Position numbers and translations under genes: made by a program
Shown: positions 29,718 through 38,040 of the stretch, piece by piece
Layout of the letters: the number at the start of each line of letters is the position of its first letter
Position numbering within the stretch: position 1 is the stretch's first letter
Assembly (NCBI GenBank): GCA_963788175.1
Contig: CAWBFZ010000008.1
Coordinates: 64,962-128,961, forward strand
Length of the DNA: 64,000 bases
Source: Thermoanaerobaculia bacterium
GTDB lineage: Bacteria > Acidobacteriota > Thermoanaerobaculia > Multivoradales > JAGPDF01
Direction of reading: 5' to 3'
The notes under the pieces: model-generated
The model's input: the letters and a program-made list of their open reading frames with translations, nothing else
Databases searched by the model: none
What the model was told of the DNA's origin: nothing

Positions 29718-30278
29718 ATGCCGAACACTTCCCGAACCAGCCTGATCTCCGGTGGCCACCGTGGGGCCGAGGCCGAATTCGGCCGCTGCGCGAAGCGCTG
29801 GGGGATCGATCAGACCACCCTCTCCTTCGAAGGCCACGCCATGGAGTGGCCGGTCGGCGTCAAGATCCTGGGCGAAGCGGAGCTCGCCGCGGGCGACATC
29901 TCGATGGAGATCGTCTCGAAGAGGATGGGCCGCACCTACCACGAGGCCGACCTCATCCGGCGCGTCATCCAGTCGCTCTACCACATGGTGAACGGCAGCT
30001 GGCAGGTCTTCGCCCTCGGCTGGATCCAGCCTGACGACACCGTCAAGGGGGGCACCGGCTGGGGGGTCGAGCTCGCCAAGCTGTTCAACCGCGAGGTCTG
30101 GGTCTTCGACCAGGGGCGCCATCAGTGGTTCACCTGGACTGACGGCCGCTGGAATCCGGCCGAGCCGAAAATCGGCGGCCGCGCCTTCGCCGGCACCGGC
30201 ACGCGCAACCTCTCCGACGAGGGCCGCGAGGCGATCCACAGCCTCTTCGAACGCTCGTTCGGACCGGCGAAGCACTGA
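29718..30278 (+). CDS. Uncharacterised 186-aa protein with SLOG/YpsA/DprA-like glycine motifs; function unknown
   Basis: ATG at 29718, preceded by aaggag. Motifs: SLISGGHRGAEAEFGRCAKRWGI, GGTGWGVELAKLFNREVWVF and AFAGTGTRNLSDEG. These resemble SLOG-superfamily motifs from memory only. Confidence 0.6.
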   Translation: MPNTSRTSLISGGHRGAEAEFGRCAKRWGIDQTTLSFEGHAMEWPVGVKILGEAELAAGDISMEIVSKRMGRTYHEADLIRRVIQSLYHMVNGSWQVFALGWIQPDDTVKGGTGWGVELAKLFNREVWVFDQGRHQWFTWTDGRWNPAEPKIGGRAFAGTGTRNLSDEGREAIHSLFERSFGPAKH

Positions 30279-30509
30279 CCGCGACCGCTCTGCCTCGCGT
30301 GAGTCGCCGATCTGGCGCCGCGCGGCAGAACCGGCATTCACCGTTCGAAAAGCCGGGCTCGCCGGGGCCCCTTCCGGGTGTGCCGAATCCCTGCCGGGGC
30401 GAGTAGACGAGCCGCGCGGTTGAATTCTGGGCCGGTTCCTGATAGGAAGTGCAAGTAAATTTTCCACAAGTTGCCGCTTTTGCGGCTTGCCCAGAAAGGA
30501 ACGACGATC

Positions 30510-32020
30510 ATGAAGCAGCAGCCTCGTATCTTGGCAGCGTCGGCTGTCCTCCTTGCGCTCTTCGCCCTGGCGGGTGTGGCGCAGGCGAAGACCCCCGCGA
30601 ATTCGCCCAACTCGCTGAGCCTCTCCGGGACTCCGGTGACGCCGTCGGGTCCGATCCACATCCGGTCGTCGCGCCAGCCCGCGGCGTTGGTCAACGACGG
30701 CAGCTTCGAGAACGGGCCGCCGCCAACCTCGGCGTGGACCGAAGTGACCGACGTTGCCTGCGAGTGGATCGGGGATTGGAGCTCGGTCTGGGGCGCCGCA
30801 GCTTACGACGGTTCGATGGACTTCTGGGCCGGCGGGTACTGCAGCGGGGTTCCTGCAACCTCGAGCGTCACCCAGGCCGGGATCGCCGTCCCGGTGTCCG
30901 ACAACGACCTGCACTTCTGGTACCTGGCGTACCGGACGGACGCGGATGACGCGGCTCTGGACACGGCCACCGTCAGCGTCAACGGCACCCCCGTCTGGAC
31001 CCTCAACCTGACCGTGGCCAACAGCAACTTCCCCGTCTGGGCCGAAGTGGTGGTGCCGCTGGCGGCCTATGCCGGCACCAACGTCACCCTGCGCTTCGAA
31101 GCGGTTTCCGCGGGCACGGAGACGGGCAACATCCGCTACGACTACATCACCATCGGCACGCCGCCGCCGCCGCCGCCGCGGTGCCCGGTCGGCTCTGCCG
31201 AGGTGACCGTGCTGCCGCTGGTCGACTTCGAGGGCGCCTTCCCGCCGGCCGGCTGGGCCCTCGCCAACAGCACCACCGGCTGCGTCGGCAGCGCCGACTG
31301 GACCAACACGGACCCGGGGCGCGAGGCAACCTGACCAGCGGCACGGGCTTGTTCGCTGTCGGCGATTCCGACGCTTGTGGTTCGGGCGTGGCCTTCGATG
31401 CCGAGATGTCGAGCCCGGCATTCGACCTGACGGGCCTCTCGGATCCCGAGGTGACCTTCGCCCACAACTACAACGACATCGGCGGCGCGGATACGGCGAC
31501 GGTCGATGTCCGGGTGGGCGGAGCGAACCCCTGGGTCAACGTTCACACCTGGATCGCTGACGCAACCGGAAGTTACACCACGCCCATCTCCGGGGCTGGC
31601 CAGGCCGATGTCAGTCTGCGCTGGCACTACGTCGCCGGTTGGGACTGGTGGTGGGAGGTCGACGAAGTGGTCGTCACCGCCTGCCAGGCCGGTGCCGGGT
31701 GCACCCTGACGCCGCCAGTGGACATCACCGTCCCGGCGCAGGGCCCGACGGGCGCCATCGTCGACTACGTGGTGGGCGCCTCGGCAGGGTGTGGCGTCGT
31801 GACCTGCGTGCCGCCCTCGGGCTCGCTGTTCCCGGTGGGGACGACGCAGGTCACCTGCACCTCCGAGCTCGGCGGTGGGGCGACCTCGTTCAACGTGACC
31901 GTGCTGGCGGTGCAGCAGTCGATCATCGAGGTCCCGACCCTGGCTCCGTTCGGCCTCGCCGGCCTCACCCTGCTGCTGGCAGGCGCAGCGGTCGTGCTGC
32001 TGCGGCGGCGCCGCGCCTAA
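30510..32020 (+). pseudogene. Secreted two-domain (MAM/CBM-like) plus HYR-domain protein with an IPTL-CTERM sorting tail; one frame disruption
   Basis: Signal peptide MKQQPRILAASAVLLALFALAGVAQA. ORF 30471..31334 continues in the frame of 31181..32020, switching near 31310-31325 in a cccgggg run. The HYR-like segment is VTCVPPSGSLFPVGTTQVTCT. The C-terminus is EVPTLAPFGLAGLTLLLAGAAVVLLRRRRA. Confidence 0.7.
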
Positions 32021-32414
32021 GAGCGTTTCGATCACCCTTCGCCGACCCCTAGCGGGTCGTCATAGCCGGCCCGGGAGCTCTCCCGGACCGGCTTTTCTCG
32101 CCGCTCCCGGCCACGACGCCCGCCAGGCCCGCCGGTGCCGACCCGATTCCAGCTTTCGCCGTGAGGCCCAAGTCTTCGCCGAGGACGGAGGCGACTACGC
32201 CGCGGCGCGTCATTTTCTTGCCGCAGCTTGACGTAACGCCCGGCGGGTGAGAATCTGAAGCCATCATGGCCCCCGCCGCCAAGCCCGCCAGAGCCGCCAG
32301 CCGCCAGCCGCATCCAGCTCCAAGCCCGACACCCGGGAGGCGCCGGAGACGCCGGAAATCACCGCGCGGCGGCCGGCGGTCCTCGACCGCCTGCCGGCGT
32401 TCGCCCGCCTCGTC

Positions 32415-33942
32415 GTGGCTTCCGCCAGCGGGGCGCGCGGGGGCGCGGCCAGCGACGTCGTCGAGGTCCACTCACCGTTCGACCATTCCCTCATCGGCAC
32501 CCTGCCGCGCTCGACGCCGGAGGACGTCGTCCTCGCGCAGGCGCGCCTGCGCCTCGCCCAGGAGGATTGGGCGATGCGGCCGTTCGCCGAGCGGGCGAAG
32601 ATCTTCCTGCGCTTCCACGACCGCCTTCTCGACCGCCAGGAAGAGATCCTCGATCTCATCCAGCTCGAGGCCGGGAAGGCCAGGAAGCACGCCCTCGAAG
32701 AGGTCCTCGACACCGCGATCGTCGCGCGCTTCTACGCCGTCCACGCGGCCGAGATCCTCGCGCCGCAGAGCCGCAAGGGGGCCCTGCCGGGGCTCACGCA
32801 GGCCTGGCAGTACCAGCACCCGAAGGGCATCATCGGCATCATCTCGCCGTGGAACTACCCGCTCTCGATGGGCATCACCGACGCCATTCCGGCGCTCCTC
32901 GCGGGCAACGCCGTGCTCGCCAAGCCCGACCTCCAGACGCCGTTCTCGCAGCTCTGGGCGCTCGACCTGCTGATCGAGTGCGGCCTGCCGGAAGAGATCA
33001 TGCTGGCAGTGGCCGGTGAAGGGGTGGTGCTGGGACCCTCCATCCTCGAAGCCTCCGACTACCTGCAGTTCACCGGCTCGACCCCGACCGGGCGCAAGCT
33101 GGCGCGCGAGGCCGGCAGCCAGCTCATGGGCTGCTCGCTCGAGCTCGGCGGCAAGAACCCGATGCTCGTCCTGGCCGACGCCGATCTCGACGCCGCGGTG
33201 GCCGGCGCGGTGCGCGGCTCGTTCTCCTCCGCCGGGCAGCTGTGCATCTCGATCGAGCGCCTGTACGTCCACGAGTCGCTGTTCGACCGCTTCGTCGCCG
33301 AGTTCGTGCGCGCGACCAGCCGCCTGAAGCTCGGCTCGGCGCTCGACTGGAGCTGCGACGTCGGTTCGCTGGCGTCGCCCAAACAGCTCGCGACGGTGAC
33401 CCGGCACATCGCAGGACGCGATCGCCAAGGGCGTGCGCGTCGAGATCGGCGGCAAGCCGCGGCCCGACCTGGGACCGCTCTTCTTCGAGCCGACGATCCT
33501 CACCGGCACGAGCGCCCGAGATGCTGCTCTACGCCGACGAGACCTTCGGCCCGGTGGTCTCGGTCTACCCGTTCGCCATCGAACCAGCAGGCGATCGAGC
33601 TCGCCAACGCCACGGAGTACGGCTTGAACGCCAGCATCTGGTCGCGCGACACCGAGCTCGCCCGCCGCATGGCGACGCGCATCCACGCCGGCACCGTCAA
33701 CATCAACGAGGCCTATGCCGCAGCCTGGGGGTCGGTCGAGGCGCCGATGGGCGGCTTCAAGAGCTCCGGCCTCGGGCGCCGGCACGGCAGCCGAAGGGAT
33801 CCTCAAGTACACCGAAGCCCAGACCGTGGCGGTGCAGCGCGGCATGGCGATCGCGGCGCCGACCGGCGTGCCCGACGAGGTCTTCGGCCGCTGGATGACC
33901 CAGGCACTGCGCGCGCTTCGCCGCATGCCCGGCCTGCGCTAA
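32415..33942 (+). pseudogene. NAD(P)-dependent aldehyde dehydrogenase (succinate-semialdehyde dehydrogenase-like) with at least 4 frame disruptions
   Basis: Motifs: ISPWNYPL, ELGGKNPMLV and SAGQLCISIERLYV (catalytic Cys context). The sensible reading hops between the frames of 32415.., 33433.., 33242.. and 33715.. near 33410, 33510, 33580 and 33790. The true start may lie upstream, since the frame is open from 32259 and there is an ATG at 32266 in another frame. Confidence 0.85.
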
Positions 33943-33965
33943 CCCGCCTCTCGAGGTAGACAACC

Positions 33966-35090
33966 ATGACCAAGGTACTGCTGACCGGCTTTCCCGGCTT
34001 TCTCGGCTCCGAGCTCGTGCGCCGCATCCTGGCGCGCAAGCGGCAAGCCTTCCGTCGTCTGCCTGGTGCAGCCGAAGTTCATGACCCTGGCGAAGAAGCG
34101 TCTGGCGGAGATCGAAGCCGAGCTCGCCCGCCCCCCGACCGACCGGAAGAGGCGCGAAGGCCGGCCTCGCCGGCCGCCTGCAGCTCGTCACCGGCGACAT
34201 CACGCAGAAGGATCTCGGTCTCGAGAATCCCGCCGACGCTCGCCCGCGAAGTGAGCGAGATCTTCCATCTCGCGGCGGTCTACGACCTCTCGGTCAAGCG
34301 CGAGAGCGCGATGAAGATCAACGTCCTCGGCACCCGCAACGTCCTCGACTTCGCCGGGCGCTGCGCCAAGCTCCGCCGCCTGCAGTACATCTCGACCTGC
34401 TACGTCTCCGGGCGCTACGCCGGCATCTTCCGCGAGGACGACCTCGTGCGCGGCCAGGAGTTCAACAACTTCTACGAGGAGACGAAGTACCTGGCCGAAG
34501 TCGAGGTCCGCGAGAGCATGAAGGCCGGGATGCCGGTGTCGATCTACCGCCCGGCGGTCGTCACCGGCGACAGCCGCACCGGCGAGACGCAGAAGTACGA
34601 CGGCCCCTACTACGTCATCCGCTGGCTGCTCAAGCAGCCGACCGTCGCCGTCCTGCCGGTGCCCGGCGACCCGAAGCGGACGCGCATCAACCTCGTGCCG
34701 CGCGACTTCGTGATCGACGCGATCGCCGCGCTTTCGGAATCGAAGGGCGCCGCCGGCAAGTGCTACCAGCTCGCCGACCCCGATCCGCCGACGATCGACG
34801 ACGCCATCACGCTCATGGGCAAGGCCACCGGCCGGGTGATCGTGCGCGTGCCGATGCCGCTCAACGTCGCCAAGTCGGCGATCGAGTACGTCCCCGGGGT
34901 CTACCAGCTGCTGGGGATTCCGGCCTCCGCCGTCGACTACTTCATCCACCCGACCTTCTACGACACCACGAACGCCGACCGCGACCTCGCGGCCCTGGGC
35001 ATCCACTGCCCGAAGCTCGCCGACTACATGCCCCACCTCGTCGAGTTCATGCGCGCCCACCCCGACATCGAGTCGGGGGCGATGGTCTGA
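33966..35090 (+). pseudogene. Extended-SDR / thioester-reductase-like NAD-binding protein with three compensating frame disruptions
   Basis: MTKVLLTGFPGFLGSEL is a Rossmann motif. The segment at about 34040-34240 reads sensibly only in the other two frames (VCLVQPKFMTLAKKRLAEIEAELA; GRLQLVTGDITQKDLGLE). The original frame then resumes (EIFHLAAVYDL...YEETKYLAE). Confidence 0.75.
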
Positions 35091-35142
35091 GGGTCTGACG
35101 GCCTGACGGCCTGACGGCCTGAGGGTCGGAGTCGGACGCCCG

Positions 35143-36878
35143 TCAGGGCGACCAGAAGCCGGACGTCCCCGACTCGAAGGCGTCGAGGAAGATGGCCTTC
35201 GGGCGGGTGAGGCGGACGACGCGGACGAAGCGGACTTCGAGGTCGGCGGGGCCGGTCGCGGCGAGGCGCAGGTCGTTGCCGCCGGCGAGCGTGTCGTTCC
35301 ACAGCGCGTCGGGGAGACTGAACGTCGCGGTGCGCCAGCCGCCGGTGTTCGTGTAGACCTGCGGCGCCGTCGAGGTCACGCCACTCGCTGCTGGATAGTC
35401 GATGCGGAACGAGCCGCTGCCGCTGTCGCGATAGGTGACCTTGACTTCGACCCCTCCGGCGTCCACGACGCCACCGGCGAAGAAGCGCTCGTCGAGATCG
35501 AGGTAGATCGCGTTTCTTCCGACGGAGATCTGGGTACGCAGGCCTTCGTACGCCGTGCCGTTCTCCGGCGTCGGTTCGTTCGCGCGCACGTCGGTGCCGC
35601 GGCGGACGATCCCGTCCGGCGCGACGTCGTTCTGCCGCAGCCAGCGCTCGAGGTTCTCGCACCCAGGGGGCGCCGCTCCAGGTGTGACTCGGGTCGTCGA
35701 TCCAGTAGGTGTCTTCGGCCTCGCGCAGCGCCGCCCAGGCGTCGGCAGCGTCGTAGACGCGCTTGCCGAGCTCGAGGCGCGTCCAGCTCCACAGCTCCGG
35801 ATAGGTGGCCATGTAGCTCGGCCCGGGCACGACGTAGATCCAGTTCATGCGCAGCTGCAGCGCCTTGAGGTTCGCCATCTTGACCGCGTAGGCGGGGTCG
35901 GCGACGGTGAAGCCGCAGTCGTTGAAGCACTCGTTCTCGGTGGCGACGACGCGCCGGCCGTCGAGGCCGCGCCAGTTCTCGTCGGTCGTCATGTGGCCGT
36001 CGGCGGCGATCGTCGTGCCGTAGGCCGGCACGTGGTTGAGATGGAAGTTGAACACCTCGGTGATGCCGGTGCGGATGCCCATCCCCTTGGCGACGGCGTC
36101 GCGCGCGTGGAGGTCGTCCAGGGTGTCCCAGGGTCCGAAGGGATAGTCCTCGCCGGTGAAGACCAGCTTCCAGGCGAAGTCGTCCGTGGGGTCGGCGTTC
36201 TCGCCGTTCAGGATGTCGACCAGGTCCTGCATCGCCGGCTGGAACCAGCCGTCGAAGGTCGCGAAGGTGAGGCCGAAGCTCGCCGCCGCCTGGGTCGGGA
36301 TGTCGTAGTCGAACTCGCACCAGGTGAAGGCGCCGGGAGCGTAGAGGAACTGGAGGCGCGGATCGGAGCGCAGACCGTGCACGACCAGCACCTGGCGGAA
36401 GAGCTCGCGCGCCTGCTGCCAGAAGCAGGCGTTCCAGATCGGCAGGTGATCGTCGTTCTCGTAGCCGGTGCCGACCGCGGAGACGCCGCAGAGCGTCTTC
36501 ACCCACTGCGGCGCCCAGTCGTCGCCGCTCACCCAGAGGCGGAGCCAGATCGCGTCGCGTGCCGGCGAGCTGCGTGTTCCAGGACGGGAAGTTCATGCCG
36601 TAGACCGAGTCCGTCGTCGTCTGCGAGAACGACCCTTGCGTCGGCTGCAGCTGCCGCCAGGTGAAGTCGGCGACGCGGACGTTGACGTTGAAGGCCGGCG
36701 CCGCCTCCTCGGAGAAGAAGCCGCTGTTCGCGCTCGGAGTCACCCAGGCCGGCAGGCTCCAGTCGTCGCCGGGGACGTCGGCGACGACGTCGCTCGCCGG
36801 GACCTCCCTGGCCCGCGCTGCGGAAAGAAGAAGAAGCGCACACAATGAAAAAAGCACTGCTGGGCGGGTGCGAGACAC
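35143..36878 (-). pseudogene. Secreted hypothetical protein (about 575 aa) with two frame disruptions
   Basis: GTG start at 36878 with signal peptide MSRTRPAVLFSLCALLLLSAARA. The reading continues through the frames of 35376..36878, 35024..36532 and 35143..35589, switching near 36555-36575 and 35655-35670. The C-terminus is AIFLDAFESGTSGFWSP. No family recognised. Confidence 0.6.
36812..36856 (-). repeat. Polypyrimidine element, divergent copy (d)
   Basis: Minus strand: TGCTTTTTTCATTGTGTGCGCTTCTTCTTCTTTCCGCAGCGCGGG. It aligns with copy (b): TGTTTTTTCCTTTACTGGAGCTTCTTCTTTACCTGCCGGCCGG. Confidence 0.55.
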
Positions 36879-36954
36879 TCGGGCATCCTACGACTCGGCG
36901 GCGCCGCTTCCTGTGGCCGGCTTCACCGGCGGCTGCGGCCGTACAATGCGCCGC

Positions 36955-37938
36955 ATGCGTGCCATTCGGTTTCACAGCAAGGGCGGTCCCGAGGTGTCTG
37001 CAGCTCGACGAGATTCCCGTTCCGGTTCCGGGGGCGGGGGAGGTTCGCATTGCGTTGCGCTTTGCCGGGGTGAACTTCATCGACACCTACTTCCGCAGCG
37101 GGCTCTACGATGCCGGGCCGCTGCCGGCGCGGGTCGGCAAGGAGGGGGCCGGGGTGGTGACGGCGGTCGGCGAAGGAGTCGGTGATGGAATGGTCGGGCC
37201 GCGGGTCGGCGACCGGGTGGCGTTCTGGAACGCCAGCGGGAGCTACGCCGACGAGGTCCTGCTGCCGGCGGCGCGGGCGCTGCCGCTGCCTGACGCACTG
37301 TCGTTCGAGCTCGGGGCGGCGCTGCCGCTGCAGGGGATGACGGCGCACTACCTGGTGCACGGCATCCGCCCGGTGGTTTCCGGCGATACGGTGCTGATCC
37401 ACGCCGCAGCGGGAGGCGTGGGACTCCTCGCTTGCCAGCTCGCCAAGCGCGCCGGGGCGCGGGTCTTCGGCACCTGCTCGACGCCGGCGAAGGCGGCGCT
37501 CGCGCGCGCCGCCGGCTGCGACGAGGTGATCCTCTACACCGAGACGAGCTTCGCCGACGCGGTGCTCGCGGCGACGGCAGGCCAGCGGTGTCGACTTGAC
37601 CATCGACGGCGTCGGCCAGACGACCTTTCTCGACAGCGTGCGGGCGACGCGCGTGCGCGGGACCGTCATCGTCTTCGGCCAGTCGAGCGGCATGATCGCG
37701 CCGTTCTCGCCGCGCCCGGTGCTCGGCAGCCGGACGCTGGTCTCGGCCTCGCTCTTCGACTACGCCCGCACCCCCGAGGAGCTGGCGCTGCGCAGCCGCT
37801 TCGTCTTCGACCTCGCGGCTTCGGGTGATCTCGACGTGCGCATCGACAGCCGCTTCCCCCTGGCCGCAGTCCGCCGACGCCCACCGCCGCCTCGAAAGCC
37901 GCGCGACCGCCGGCAAGCTCCTGATCGAGATCGGCTGA
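36955..37938 (+). pseudogene. qor: NADPH:quinone oxidoreductase (zeta-crystallin-type MDR) with three frame disruptions
   Basis: MRAIRFHSKGGPEV is followed in another frame by LQLDEIPVPVPGAGEVRIALRFAGVNFIDTYFRSGLY...IHAAAGGVGLLACQLAK. A further frame reads TIDGVGQTTFLDSVRATRVRGTVIVFGQSSG, and the end reads ADAHRRLESRATAGKLLIEIG. Switches fall near 36995, 37590 and 37870. Confidence 0.8.
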
Positions 37939-38040
37939 GGCGAAGCCTCGGGCCGATTCGACTCCGTCTGGCGCGGGCTGTTCCACGGGGCGCGTCGCGC
38001 TGTCTCATCCTGCCAGATGCACTCCCAGGGAGGTTTGACG

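Noticed and set aside
28300-30500. The TA islet as part of a prophage or integrative element.
   Set aside because: No integrase, recombinase, tRNA target, phage structural gene or flanking direct repeat was recognised. Composition looks host-like.
32021-32414. Minus-strand ORFs 32032..32313 and 32049..32471 in the 394-bp gap before the ALDH gene.
   Set aside because: Their translations are low-complexity with no RBS or family features. The gap more likely holds the promoter (a TTGACG -35-like hexamer at 32229-32234) and an unresolved, possibly frame-shifted 5' end of the ALDH gene.
36845-37828. ORF 36845..37828 beginning MKKALLGGC..., preceded by aagaagaagaag, looked like a lipoprotein gene with a strong RBS.
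   Set aside because: The first roughly 50 codons have no signal-peptide hydrophobic core and are out of frame with the qor start (MRAIRFH at 36955 in another frame). The purine-rich RBS look-alike is the antisense of polypyrimidine element copy (d), which encodes the signal peptide of the minus-strand gene.
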